Below are positions 1-9,592 of a stretch of 64,000 nucleotides of DNA, piece by piece. The notes under the pieces were generated by a model, which saw only the letters and a list, made by a program, of their open reading frames with translations, was not told the origin of the DNA and ran no database searches. Every line of letters begins with the position of its first letter. Position 1 is the first letter of the stretch. The translations under genes and the position numbers were made by a program. Origin of the DNA: an uncultured Candidatus Babeliaceae bacterium (GTDB lineage Bacteria; Babelota; Babeliae; Babelales; Babelaceae); contig OY969927.1 of the NCBI GenBank assembly GCA_963704655.1, positions 736,001-800,000 of the forward strand. The letters run 5' to 3'.

Positions 1-406
1 ATAGTTTTGCAAACAAAAATACAGGAACTGCTGAAAGGCCGCCAGTAGAGACTACTTTTTCTGGATGCGTTTTTATATATAAAAAAAGCAATTTTGCAAA
101 AGCAAATGACCACACTGCTGCATGAAACGGGAACAGCCAGAATTTTTTGCGCTGAATATCTGGCAAATATAATGGGCAGTGAGTTAACCGTGCATGGTGA
201 GTGCCGTGCCCTTCGATACATTCACCTATCGGTGAACACTCAGGGTGCACGGTGTATCGAACCATCGCACTATCAATAATTTTTTTATCTAATGGACGGT
301 GCGTAGTGATAAACACCGCAGGTGCACCAGCCTGATGAGCAAGGGTAATTAAAGGCATAATATGGCCAGCAGATTTACCGCCCACATACCAAATACTTTT
401 ATTCAT
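1..406 (-). CDS. murG: MurG-like glycosyltransferase, 5' part (runs off window start), with a 26-codon repeat insertion
   Basis: Not in the ORF track. My translation from ATG 406 gives MNKSIWYVGGKSAGHIMP...HPEKVVSTGGLSAVPVFLFAKL, matching the MurG GGxxGH and PDxVxxxGG motifs. ATGA overlap with the upstream gene stop. Confidence 0.85.
   Translation of the reverse strand, partial: MNKSIWYVGGKSAGHIMPLITLAHQAGAPAVFITTHRPLDKKIIDSAMVRYTVHPECSPIGECIEGHGTHHARLTHCPLYLPDIQRKKFWLFPFHAAVWSFAFAKLLFLYIKTHPEKVVSTGGLSAVPVFLFAKL
188..265. repeat. Family A palindromic repeat, nested (copy within copy), in frame in murG
   Basis: ccgtgcatggtgagtg[ccgtgcccttcgatacattcacctatcggtgaacactcagggtgcacgg]tgtatcgaaccat; 78 bp. 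Confidence 0.9.
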
Positions 407-849
407 AATGTATCTTTACAACGTTGATAATAGGCAAGTAATGAATCTTGCAGCTCTTTATTAGCTAATTTTTGAACGGTTTTTAAAGCCTGTAAACTCG
501 GCTTTCGTGGTGCAGATTGATGCTCTATTTTTTTTTCCTTTGGTGCGCTTTGGCGCACTATTTTCATAACCCAAATACAGCGAATCGCTGTGAGCGTAAA
601 CCCTTCTGGGTAAAGTTTATATAAAGCACTGTTCATGCGCTGCAACATCATGCGGGATAATGCATGCAATTCATGCATCCAATGGCTATCATAGACTCCA
701 ATAATAACGGTCGAGCCATTAATTCGCTCAAGACGAGCACGGGTTGAAAGATCACCCATAATTGTTGACCATTCAGCTCGCAATTTCATTTGCCAGTCGT
801 GCTCAGTGCGTGATAAAATTTGATCAACTAAACTTGTTATTGGTTTCAT
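403..849 (-). CDS. DUF721/DciA-like protein
   Basis: W..IMG.L......L......V.IGV.DS.W..EL pattern; size and position next to holB. Confidence 0.65.
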   Translation of the reverse strand: MKPITSLVDQILSRTEHDWQMKLRAEWSTIMGDLSTRARLERINGSTVIIGVYDSHWMHELHALSRMMLQRMNSALYKLYPEGFTLTAIRCIWVMKIVRQSAPKEKKIEHQSAPRKPSLQALKTVQKLANKELQDSLLAYYQRCKDTL

Positions 850-855
850 AAGATA

Positions 856-1581
856 TTAGTTTAACAAACAAGAAAGATTAAGGTACACATTTCGCCAGAA
901 AATCTTACCACTTCCCGGCATAGGCAACTTTTCTAGACAACTATGCAAATAGTTTACTACCGGAAAATACGCACTATTTTTTAAACTTTCTTGCGTCCAA
1001 AAGGTAATAATATCATCAAGTAAAAGGCGTGATTCATAATCTGAAATTTTGGTGCGATCAAGCTGCTGATGAAACTGAATAATATCAGCGATATTTTTTT
1101 GGGTTAACAGACTAAACATCTCACGATACCCATTATCCTGAGCGTCTGACTTAAACTCAGTAACAACACAGCGGGATTTAACCGTTGGCAGAAATTCCTG
1201 CGGCCGATCGGTCAATAATAGCCAATGCCAACCTGCAGGTGGCTCTTCAAGTAATTTTAATAAACTATTGGCGCATGCATCTGATAGCTTTTCTGCTTGT
1301 GTTATCACACAAAAGAATGGTTCGCCTTGTGCGCGGACAATTGCTATTTTTGAAAAAACAACATCCAAATCCGCACGCGAATAGGTTGATTTAATAGTTG
1401 AAAGAATCATATAAGCATGAAACTGCTGATTTTCAATCTGCTTACAGATAGAACAACTTTTACAACCAAGTGAACGACAATATTCCCTTTGCACCAGCGC
1501 AACAGCCTGCGCTTTTAAAATATTCTGTGAACCGGTCCATAATTGTGCAGGGCTAGTTCTGGTTAATGCGCTATGATTCAT
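856..1581 (-). CDS. holB: DNA polymerase III delta' subunit
   Basis: CxxxGCxxCxxC zinc motif, ANSLLKLLEEPP, LPTVKSRC. Start moved to ATG 1581, just after the tmk stop. Confidence 0.9.
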   Translation of the reverse strand: MNHSALTRTSPAQLWTGSQNILKAQAVALVQREYCRSLGCKSCSICKQIENQQFHAYMILSTIKSTYSRADLDVVFSKIAIVRAQGEPFFCVITQAEKLSDACANSLLKLLEEPPAGWHWLLLTDRPQEFLPTVKSRCVVTEFKSDAQDNGYREMFSLLTQKNIADIIQFHQQLDRTKISDYESRLLLDDIITFWTQESLKNSAYFPVVNYLHSCLEKLPMPGSGKIFWRNVYLNLSCLLN

Positions 1582-1582
1582 A

Positions 1583-2206
1583 CTACTTTTTAAATCGCTT
1601 GTTAAGTTCAGCAAGAACTTGTATTGCCAATTCTGTTGGAGGCAGATGTGCATCAACCGTTAAAACATTATCTTTCGTAGCAAAAATCTTTTCAAAACCA
1701 TCAATAACACGCTCAAAAAAAATAGTTTTTTCACGTTCAAAGACGGTTAAAGCCTCATGCCGTTGCGCGATTCGCTTAAAAGCAGTTACCGCATCAATTT
1801 TACTATAGACAATAAGATCAGGGGTTATTCCCTGCATAACCCACTGGGTAACCCGTTCAATAAGGTTAAGATCGATCTCGCGACCATAGCCCTGGTACGC
1901 TCGCGAAGAATCTGCCATGCGGTCAGACAAGATGATTTTACCATCTTCTAATCCGGGCTTAATCACCTGCGTAATATGCTCTGCGCGGTCTGCCGCAAAA
2001 AGCAAGAACTCTGCTTGGGGAGTGAGCGTATATTCATGAACAATCGCTCTGATTTTCTGCCCAGCAGGAGTGCCTCCCGGCTCTTTAGTTAAAATTACCG
2101 GCACATGCAGCGCCTCTAGAGACCTAAAAACAAGCTTACTAAGCGTGCTTTTGCCACTACCATCTATGCCTTCAAACGCGATAAGAAATCCAGATTTTTT
2201 TTCCAT
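1583..2206 (-). CDS. tmk: Thymidylate kinase
   Basis: FEGIDGSGKST P-loop, TKEPGGT, LLFAADR, SDR, AYQG. Confidence 0.97.
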   Translation of the reverse strand: MEKKSGFLIAFEGIDGSGKSTLSKLVFRSLEALHVPVILTKEPGGTPAGQKIRAIVHEYTLTPQAEFLLFAADRAEHITQVIKPGLEDGKIILSDRMADSSRAYQGYGREIDLNLIERVTQWVMQGITPDLIVYSKIDAVTAFKRIAQRHEALTVFEREKTIFFERVIDGFEKIFATKDNVLTVDAHLPPTELAIQVLAELNKRFKK

Positions 2207-2263
2207 ATACTCAAACTATGTTACTATGATATATAATTAGAGTATCATATTTTAGAGATTTTT

Positions 2264-2449
2264 ATGAAAAAAGTTTGGATTAAACCCGGCTGCATCACCT
2301 GCGGCACCTGTGAATTTATCGCACCAGAAGTTTTTGAAGTAACTGATATCTGTCGAGTAAAAGAGAATGCACCTTTAGAAGAATCAGATGCGGCAATTAA
2401 GCAAGCAATTGCACAGTGTCCGGTGAATGTTATTGAAGGACAAGAATAA
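2264..2449 (+). CDS. Ferredoxin
   Basis: CITCGTC...APEVF...CPVNVI. Confidence 0.9.
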   Translation: MKKVWIKPGCITCGTCEFIAPEVFEVTDICRVKENAPLEESDAAIKQAIAQCPVNVIEGQE

Positions 2450-2463
2450 ACTGCGGCGCTCAA

Positions 2464-2522
2464 ATGGTTCGATTTCACTCACCACGAGCGGCCGCTCGCC
2501 CTGAGCATAGTCGAAGGGTGCG
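2464..2522. repeat. Family A inverted doublet, intergenic
   Basis: atggttcgatttcactcaccacgagcgg + ccgctcgccctgagcatagtcgaaggg. Confidence 0.9.
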
Positions 2523-2532
2523 AAAGAGTATA

Positions 2533-4077
2533 ATGGAAGAACTAACTCATTTTACAAGCTTATATAACGAACTTCTTGCACCAGCAGAACCACTTTATGC
2601 CGGGCAGATGCTCGCGCGTTCTGCGCAAAAATGGCCAGAACGCATAGCGCTTATCTGTAATAACGAGCAGATAACTTTTGACCAACTTTACCAAGAGGCA
2701 AGCGCTGTAAGTTATTTTTTGCAAGAACAGGGTATTAAACCACGTGATAAAGTGATGATTCTGTATGAAAATTCGCTTAATTTTTTTCGTGCTTACCATG
2801 GCGCCTGGCAAATGGGTGCGGTGGTTATTCCCGTTAACACCTTTATGCATGAACGCGAACTTGAACATGTTATGCACGACTGCCAGCCTACGGTTCTTAT
2901 CGTTTCAGAAAAACTGAGTGGTAAAGTTTCTCAACTTTATGGCAATGCACGCCTTATTATTACGCAAGAGCAACTTGCTACAATCTGCGCAGAGCCAAAA
3001 AAATTTACGCCAGTAGCGTTACAGCAAAAAGAACTTTCTGTTTTATTATACACTTCAGGAACAACAGGGATGCCCAAAGGGGTTATGCTCAGTTCATATA
3101 ACTGCATATATAATAGTATTCAAGGTATCGCCAAGTTTTCTTCACTTCCTGATGATAAAGTTTTATGCGCCTTGCCGCTGTTTCATAGCTTTATGCAAAA
3201 TGCCTGCGTCTGGAGCAGCTGCTTATTAGGTGCTGCAGTTATAGTGGTATCAAAGATTGACCGCAAAGCATTATTAGAAGGTATTGCACACAAACCTACC
3301 GTTGTTTTAGGAATTCCACAGCTTTTTGGTCTTTTTTGCTTATTAAAAAAGATAGACTTTTCCAGCGTTCGCTTTTTTATTTGTGGCGGGGACGCGTTAC
3401 CGGATAAAATTCGCAAATTCTTTGAACTTATCTATGGCAGGAAACTCTGTAACGGCTACGGGCTCAGTGAAGCATCACCCTTTATCAGTGTGGATCTTGA
3501 TGACACGCGCAGCGAAACCAACACGATTGGCAAGCCGCTTATTGGCATTTCTGTTCAATTACGCGACGAATCTGGCAAAGATATCTCAAAAACTGATATC
3601 GGCACTCTATGGGTAAAAGGTGACAATAACATGCTTGGTTACTATAACGCACCGGAAGCAACCGAAAAAATTTTACACGATGGCTGGCTCAATACAGGAG
3701 ATCTTGCGCGCATTAACAGTCAGGGCAAACTCGTTATCTGTGGCAGAGAAAAAGATCTCATTATTCATAAAGGGATAAAGATCTATCCGCAAGAAGTTGA
3801 AAATTGCCTTATGCAACATGAAGCCGTTCAAGCAGTGGGCGTTATCGGCGCACCAACAGAGAACGACGGCGAGATCCCTATAGCCTATATTGCTGCACGC
3901 GATTATGTAGATAAGCAAAATATACTTTCTGCAGAACTTCTTGAACTGTGTAGGCAGCATCTTGCTCCCTATAAAATCCCGCGCGCTTTTATTATCATCA
4001 AAGAGCTTCCTACAACAACAACAGGCAAAGTGGATAAAAAAGAATTACGGATATTGCATGCCCAAAAATTGAGTTAA
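2533..4077 (+). CDS. Long-chain fatty acid-CoA ligase / AMP-binding protein
   Basis: YTSGTTGMPKG, GYGLSE, TGD, GR.KDLII, GKVDK. Start placed at ATG 2533, after the repeat. Confidence 0.93.
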   Translation: MEELTHFTSLYNELLAPAEPLYAGQMLARSAQKWPERIALICNNEQITFDQLYQEASAVSYFLQEQGIKPRDKVMILYENSLNFFRAYHGAWQMGAVVIPVNTFMHERELEHVMHDCQPTVLIVSEKLSGKVSQLYGNARLIITQEQLATICAEPKKFTPVALQQKELSVLLYTSGTTGMPKGVMLSSYNCIYNSIQGIAKFSSLPDDKVLCALPLFHSFMQNACVWSSCLLGAAVIVVSKIDRKALLEGIAHKPTVVLGIPQLFGLFCLLKKIDFSSVRFFICGGDALPDKIRKFFELIYGRKLCNGYGLSEASPFISVDLDDTRSETNTIGKPLIGISVQLRDESGKDISKTDIGTLWVKGDNNMLGYYNAPEATEKILHDGWLNTGDLARINSQGKLVICGREKDLIIHKGIKIYPQEVENCLMQHEAVQAVGVIGAPTENDGEIPIAYIAARDYVDKQNILSAELLELCRQHLAPYKIPRAFIIIKELPTTTTGKVDKKELRILHAQKLS

Positions 4078-4090
4078 AAAATTACCCCAA

Positions 4091-4151
4091 CACTTCGACT
4101 TCGCTCAGTGTGAGCGGCCGCTCGTGGTGAGCGTAGTCGAATCCATGGCGG
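4091..4151. repeat. Family A inverted doublet, intergenic
   Basis: cacttcgacttcgctcagtgtgagcgg + ccgctcgtggtgagcgtagtcgaatccatg. Confidence 0.92.
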
Positions 4152-4164
4152 CAGCGAGTACATC

Positions 4165-5199
4165 ATGAAACATATAGTACATATCATAACTGGATTACAG
4201 CGTGGTGGCGCAGAGACAGTTTTGGTGACACTGGCAACTGAACTTGCACAAGAACCCTATAACTATAAACAAACTGTTATCTATTTTCATGACGGGCCAT
4301 TACGCGCGTCTTTAGAAAAATTGGGTATTACATGCTACAAAGCTTCTTATATCAGCGCATTTTGGCATATAAAACAACTCAAACCTGATGTAATTCACAG
4401 TTCTTTGTGGTCAGCTAATATTATCACCCGTTTATATGCAAAACTATTTTCTATCCCTGTTTACTGCGCATTACACACAGTAGCGCAACATAGCGGTAAT
4501 TTTAGAAATTATATCGATGCACTGTTCCCGTTTAAACCAACCAGATATATCGCAGTATCAAAAGACGTTAAAGATTCGTATGCCAAATTTTTACCCGCAC
4601 AAAAAATAACGGTGATTGAAAATGGCATACCTATGCCTGCCAACTTGCAAAAACCTGTTAACAAAAAATCAAACGAGTATACCATCGGTACCGTGGGCCG
4701 CTTTGTTGAAGTAAAAAATTATGACGTACTTATTGAGGCATTTGCTTTAATTCACAAAGAATTCCCTCATATAAGGTTAATGCTTGTTGGTCATGGCCCC
4801 CTAGAAGATCAACTTCTTAAACAAGCAGAAGCACTTAAAATTTCAGACGCCGTAACATTTGTTATTAATAAGCCAGCACAAGAGTTTTATAATAAGTTTG
4901 ATTGTTTTGTACAACCATCAAAACATGAGGGGTTATCAATAGCATTGCTTGAAGCATTACAAGCAACAATTCCTGTTATTGTTACCGGCATTAACCATAA
5001 CCATATCATTATCGAACATGAAAAATATGGGCTTGTTATTGAACCAAATTCTGTTTTCGAATTATATCAAGCATTAAAAAGATATATCTTAAACCCCGAG
5101 CTCGCGGATAAATATGCTCAAGATGGCAACAAATTTGTGCAGCAACACTTTTCTGCATGCGCAATGGCAAAAAAATACCATAAGCTATTTTGCAGCTAA
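4165..5199 (+). CDS. GT4-family glycosyltransferase
   Basis: GGAE, VIENG, VGR..K, EGLSIALLEA (EX7E). Confidence 0.92.
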   Translation: MKHIVHIITGLQRGGAETVLVTLATELAQEPYNYKQTVIYFHDGPLRASLEKLGITCYKASYISAFWHIKQLKPDVIHSSLWSANIITRLYAKLFSIPVYCALHTVAQHSGNFRNYIDALFPFKPTRYIAVSKDVKDSYAKFLPAQKITVIENGIPMPANLQKPVNKKSNEYTIGTVGRFVEVKNYDVLIEAFALIHKEFPHIRLMLVGHGPLEDQLLKQAEALKISDAVTFVINKPAQEFYNKFDCFVQPSKHEGLSIALLEALQATIPVIVTGINHNHIIIEHEKYGLVIEPNSVFELYQALKRYILNPELADKYAQDGNKFVQQHFSACAMAKKYHKLFCS

Positions 5200-5864
5200 C
5201 GGCACTCTTCACAATGAAGCGAAATAAGCTTAACCGCATATTCAATGTCATCTGTAATAATCGGCTCTACCAAATGAGTTTTTGATAAAAAGTTTTGCTC
5301 TTTTGCTTGATCAAAAAAGGCTTTGTACGGCTTCCAAAATTCAGAGCCAATAAGTACAACCGTTCTTCGCTTAATTTTGCCCGTTTGCATAAGGTTCATT
5401 AAATCAGAAAGCTCGTCCATGGTGCCAAGACCGCCCGGAAAGATAATAAAGCCGATAGAATAATCGATTAAAAGCCATTTACGGGCAAAAAAGTCACTCA
5501 CAGTAACCGATTCACCTGGACATGGGTTAGGCATATCTTCTGACTGCAACCCCGTTATAATAACTTTGAGTGTGCGCTGAATCCCATCGGGCGTTGCATG
5601 TGCACCACAATTTGCCGCCTCCATAATGCCCGGGCCACCGCCGGTGATAACAGAAATGTCGCTATGAATTAAAAGATGCGCGGCATGGGACGCCATGTCA
5701 CGGTAATAATCTTCATGATCAAAGTTTCTACTGCCACCAAAAATACTCACACATGGTTGAGGAAGTTTACCAATTTTCCATAACCCTTTAACAATTTGAA
5801 AATTTACACCTAGAAGTTGCAATGCAACTTTAAAACACATCCATAAACGTTTGGAAAGCTTCAT
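5196..5864 (-). CDS. LOG family nucleotide-binding protein
   Basis: ITGGGPGIMEAAN, FFARK, PGGLGTMDE. Confidence 0.93.
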   Translation of the reverse strand: MKLSKRLWMCFKVALQLLGVNFQIVKGLWKIGKLPQPCVSIFGGSRNFDHEDYYRDMASHAAHLLIHSDISVITGGGPGIMEAANCGAHATPDGIQRTLKVIITGLQSEDMPNPCPGESVTVSDFFARKWLLIDYSIGFIIFPGGLGTMDELSDLMNLMQTGKIKRRTVVLIGSEFWKPYKAFFDQAKEQNFLSKTHLVEPIITDDIEYAVKLISLHCEECR

Positions 5865-5922
5865 AATCGTCTTTCGTTTAATGTATACTCATACTACGCA
5901 TGATCAAAGCTAGGAAAATTGT

Positions 5923-7182
5923 ATGGTTACCTTTAAAAAATTCTTACTGTTAGTCATACCATGTTGTCTCATGGCAACACAACATCTTACGCAAGAATCG
6001 CAAGAAGCTCATGATATTTGGATGATCATCTTTGTTCATGGAACTTCTGGTGCACTAAGCAATGTCTCACTTTCAAATATTTATCGTGTCATGCTTGATG
6101 AAGTTGAAAACACCCCGTATGAAAAAGCAGTAGATCTGATCCGCTCAAACCCGTATATGTATCAAAATCAACCGATGCAAGAATATGGGCTGCACCCAGT
6201 TGATCATCTTAATAGAAAACCGGGGCAAGCGGCAGCATTATTTGCCCACATCTATGATTCTGTTTTACAAGAAACGTCACCAGCGCACAAGCACACGATC
6301 TATTACACCTACGGCTGGTCAGGCGTATTAAGTGAATCGATACGCTACAAAAATGCTTCACGCTTTTATCATGAACTTTTACTTGAACATAAAAAACAGT
6401 GTCTTAATCACCCAGGAAAAAATGTTAAAATCTGTATTGTTTCATATAGCCATGGCGGAACAGTTGCATTACAGCTTGCACGCGTCTTTGAAAAAGAGCG
6501 TGCGCACGAACCGCTTACTATCGATCTTTTAATAACGCTTGGAACACCCATACAAAAAGAAACTGACCATCTGGTAACACATCATATGTTTAAAAAGGTC
6601 TATCATATCTATTCGCGTGGTGACAAAGTACAAAAACTAGATTTTTTTTCATTCAGACGCTTTTTTTCTAAACGCCGATTTAATGACACAACGCGCTTTG
6701 TTACACCAGAAAAAGTTGTTCAAATTGAGCTACAGCTTAAACCTTCACGACGTGATTATAAAGAGCATGAAAAACCAAAATTTGTTAACCGCTCACCTGG
6801 ACACATTGAACTCTGGTTTTTTGGATGGACAGAAGGCATGTATCGGAAAAATTTCCCATTACATCCGCTGCCAACAGCATGCTTAGTTCCTGTTATTATT
6901 AAAGCGGCACAGCAAGCCATGCCGCATGAAAATGATCTGGTTATTGAGCTTTATCCACAAACAGAAAAATGTATTGTTAAAAAAAGACGCTACTTTAAAA
7001 AGGTACATGCTAACGGCATTAAGCATGCAACACTTGCAAAAATAAAAAAGACCGCACTTGATGAACGGCCAGAAACATTTTGCAGAAAAGAATATTTAAA
7101 TCATATGCATATGGCCATTAAACAGGCATATGGCACAGTAAGTGAAAAGCATACCAAGAAGATATGCGGATGCGATTCATAA
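5923..7182 (+). CDS. Exported alpha/beta-hydrolase-fold protein
   Basis: Signal peptide, IFVHGT, YGWSG, SYSHGG nucleophile elbow, LITLGTP. Confidence 0.7.
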   Translation: MVTFKKFLLLVIPCCLMATQHLTQESQEAHDIWMIIFVHGTSGALSNVSLSNIYRVMLDEVENTPYEKAVDLIRSNPYMYQNQPMQEYGLHPVDHLNRKPGQAAALFAHIYDSVLQETSPAHKHTIYYTYGWSGVLSESIRYKNASRFYHELLLEHKKQCLNHPGKNVKICIVSYSHGGTVALQLARVFEKERAHEPLTIDLLITLGTPIQKETDHLVTHHMFKKVYHIYSRGDKVQKLDFFSFRRFFSKRRFNDTTRFVTPEKVVQIELQLKPSRRDYKEHEKPKFVNRSPGHIELWFFGWTEGMYRKNFPLHPLPTACLVPVIIKAAQQAMPHENDLVIELYPQTEKCIVKKRRYFKKVHANGIKHATLAKIKKTALDERPETFCRKEYLNHMHMAIKQAYGTVSEKHTKKICGCDS

Positions 7183-7662
7183 TTATCGCTGTTGTCGACG
7201 CGCAGAATTATAAGCAAGTAATCCAGCAATGATAGATAGCCCCTCGCCTGTAGTAAGCACATTTGAACCACCAATAGAAACGCGTTCGGCTACCTTTAAA
7301 GCTGGGAATCCTACCGCAGCAGCAGCAAAACCCCAGGCAAAATATTTTCTAGTATCATCAGTCTCGCGAAGTTCTTGAAAAGCATCTCTTCCAAAAATAA
7401 CAACATTATCTGCAGAAGGGTAATTTAAAGCAAGATCTCCTAGTGCAAAGCACATGGCCCCAAAAGCCGATGCATCTGTAAAAGTAAAGGGATCATGCGA
7501 TATACCATGTACACATATCGAGGATGTCAATACGCCAAAAACAAGACCGCCTTCAAAAGCAGCTCTTCTATAACCATTTACATAATAACGGTCTCTATTA
7601 AAACCTACTTCTGTAGAAAATAGTGGCACAACAAATAAACTTAATAATATAAATTTTTTCAT
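7183..7662 (-). CDS. Hypothetical membrane/exported protein
   Basis: 159-aa ORF with MKK signal peptide and hydrophobic segments. Confidence 0.7.
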   Translation of the reverse strand: MKKFILLSLFVVPLFSTEVGFNRDRYYVNGYRRAAFEGGLVFGVLTSSICVHGISHDPFTFTDASAFGAMCFALGDLALNYPSADNVVIFGRDAFQELRETDDTRKYFAWGFAAAAVGFPALKVAERVSIGGSNVLTTGEGLSIIAGLLAYNSARRQQR

Positions 7663-7666
7663 AATG

Positions 7667-8473
7667 TTACTTTTTTAATAAATTCCAAATTTCAAGAAAA
7701 TCTTGCATGGCAAGTTGCTGTGAACGGAGTTCATGGTATTTTTCTGGGATACGCGCAAGATCAAATGTATATGTGGCCAAGCTGTTGCGCAATGTTCTGC
7801 GTGGTTGACTAAAGCACGCTTTTATAAATTTCCAAAAGCCGACTTCATCTGGAATTTCTGCAACATCTTTTTTAGGTTTAAAATACAAAAGACGTGAATC
7901 TACTTTAGGCGGCGGCACAAAGGCGCCGGGTTTAATGCGCTCCATGAGCTCAAGGTCAAAATAGTACTGGAAAAATAGTGAGACATAGCCGTAACCACGT
8001 CCCGATTTTTTTACGAGTTTCTGTGCGACTTCTTCTTGAATCATGACTACACCCTCTTGCAGTAAGTTTCTATTTTTTTGCAAAATATGCAAAATAGGAA
8101 ACGTGATAGAATACGGCAAGTTAGCAAGTAACACCCACGGTGCATGCGGCGCAAGGCGCGAAAAATCGGTATCCAAAATATTTTCTTGAAATATCGTCAT
8201 GCGTGGACTTGGATACTGACCCTGAACAAACTTTGCCCATTCAGGATCAATTTCAAAAATCCATAACCGTTCAATTGGTTGTTGCAAAATAGATTTTGTT
8301 AAAAATCCATCACCACAACCGATTTCAAAAACACTGGTAGTTTTAGTAAGGGTAACCCGCTCGATCATGCGATCAATAACTTTTTGATCACGCAAAAAGT
8401 GCTGGCCAAACTGTTTTTTAATAGCAATACCGTGTGCGACTGGGCGTATCTTTTTGTCTTTTTTGTTATACAT
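7667..8473 (-). CDS. rsmA: 16S rRNA adenine dimethyltransferase
   Basis: KKQFGQHFL, EIGCGDG, ANLPY, FVPPPKVDS. Confidence 0.97.
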   Translation of the reverse strand: MYNKKDKKIRPVAHGIAIKKQFGQHFLRDQKVIDRMIERVTLTKTTSVFEIGCGDGFLTKSILQQPIERLWIFEIDPEWAKFVQGQYPSPRMTIFQENILDTDFSRLAPHAPWVLLANLPYSITFPILHILQKNRNLLQEGVVMIQEEVAQKLVKKSGRGYGYVSLFFQYYFDLELMERIKPGAFVPPPKVDSRLLYFKPKKDVAEIPDEVGFWKFIKACFSQPRRTLRNSLATYTFDLARIPEKYHELRSQQLAMQDFLEIWNLLKK

Positions 8474-8494
8474 AATAATTTTTACATTCCATGT

Positions 8495-8548
8495 GTCACC
8501 CTGAGCATGTCTCAGGGTCTTTTACAATTACAAAGAGATCCTGAAACA
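8495..8548. repeat. GTCA-headed REP-like palindrome plus truncated inverted partner (family C)
   Basis: gtcaccctgagcatgtctcagggtct ... agatcctgaaaca. Confidence 0.6.
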
Positions 8549-8554
8549 TTTGCA

Positions 8555-9592
8555 TTATCTAATTAATGCTTCGCTGAAGAAATCTATATTTTCAAGTACT
8601 TTACCACCACCGTTAACCACACATAATAATGGATTTTCTGCAATACGCACCGGAAGGCCCGTCTCACGTGAGATAAGTTTATCTAATCCACGCAATAACG
8701 CACCACCACCAGAAAGTACTATACCATTATCAACTAAATCTGATGATAATTCGGGTGGTGTATTTTCTAATGCAACACGAACCGTGTCAATAATAGAAGA
8801 TATTGTTTCAAGTAACGCTTCATTAACTTCAGTGCTGGTAAACCAAATCGTTTTTGGAACGCCAGTAACAAGATCACGGCCTTTAACTTCCATACGTTCA
8901 ATATTACCTTCTAAAAGAACGGTACCGATTTGGATCTTAATCAATTCTGCTGTGCGTTCACCAATAAGTAAATTGTATTTACGTTTGATATATTGGACAA
9001 TCGCGCGGTCCATTTCATCGCCACCAACACGAACAGAACGACAAAAGACTACATTTTTTAAACTGATTACGGCAACTTCAGTAGTACCGCCACCGATATC
9101 TACAATAAAACTACCAACAGGCTCATGTACCGGAAGCCCCGCACCAATAGCAGCAGCCATAGGCTCCATAATGCAATATGCCTCACGAGCACCAGCATTT
9201 TTTGCACATTCTTTAATAGCACGCTGTTCAACTTGTGTAATTCCTGAAGGAACACCTATCACCATACGTGGACTTACGAGCGTACGACGGTTATCTTGAA
9301 CCTCTTTAATAAAGTACCGTAACATACTTTCAGTTAGATCGAAATTTGCGATCACCCCATCACGCATCGGGCGACAGGCAATAATAGTTTCTGGGGTTTT
9401 ACCAAGCATATCTTTTGCTCGACGGCCAGCTGCAAGAACCTGGTTTGTGTTTGCCTTAACAGCAACAACTGAAGGTTCGTTCAAAACAATGCCGCGATCG
9501 GGAACATAAACTACCGTGTTAGCTGTTCCAAGATCAATTGCTAGGTCGTTAGAAAAAAAACGAAATAATCTTGCGGGGAAAAAATTTACCAT
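8555..9592 (-). CDS. mreB: Rod shape-determining protein MreB
   Basis: AIDLGTANT, EPMAAAIGAG, DIGGGTTE, GGGALL. Confidence 0.98.
   Translation of the reverse strand: MVNFFPARLFRFFSNDLAIDLGTANTVVYVPDRGIVLNEPSVVAVKANTNQVLAAGRRAKDMLGKTPETIIACRPMRDGVIANFDLTESMLRYFIKEVQDNRRTLVSPRMVIGVPSGITQVEQRAIKECAKNAGAREAYCIMEPMAAAIGAGLPVHEPVGSFIVDIGGGTTEVAVISLKNVVFCRSVRVGGDEMDRAIVQYIKRKYNLLIGERTAELIKIQIGTVLLEGNIERMEVKGRDLVTGVPKTIWFTSTEVNEALLETISSIIDTVRVALENTPPELSSDLVDNGIVLSGGGALLRGLDKLISRETGLPVRIAENPLLCVVNGGGKVLENIDFFSEALIR

Noticed and set aside
94-279. 61-aa plus-strand ORF
   Set aside because: Antisense to murG and spans the repeat.
2464-2532. Repeat-derived N-terminal extensions of the acyl-CoA ligase (and of sbcD, 12772-12834)
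   Set aside because: Downstream ATGs fit the expected protein starts, so these repeats are treated as intergenic. Not proven.
8550-9299. 249-aa plus-strand ORF and other short overlapping ORFs in the track
   Set aside because: Antisense or alternate-frame shadows of well-supported genes such as mreB.
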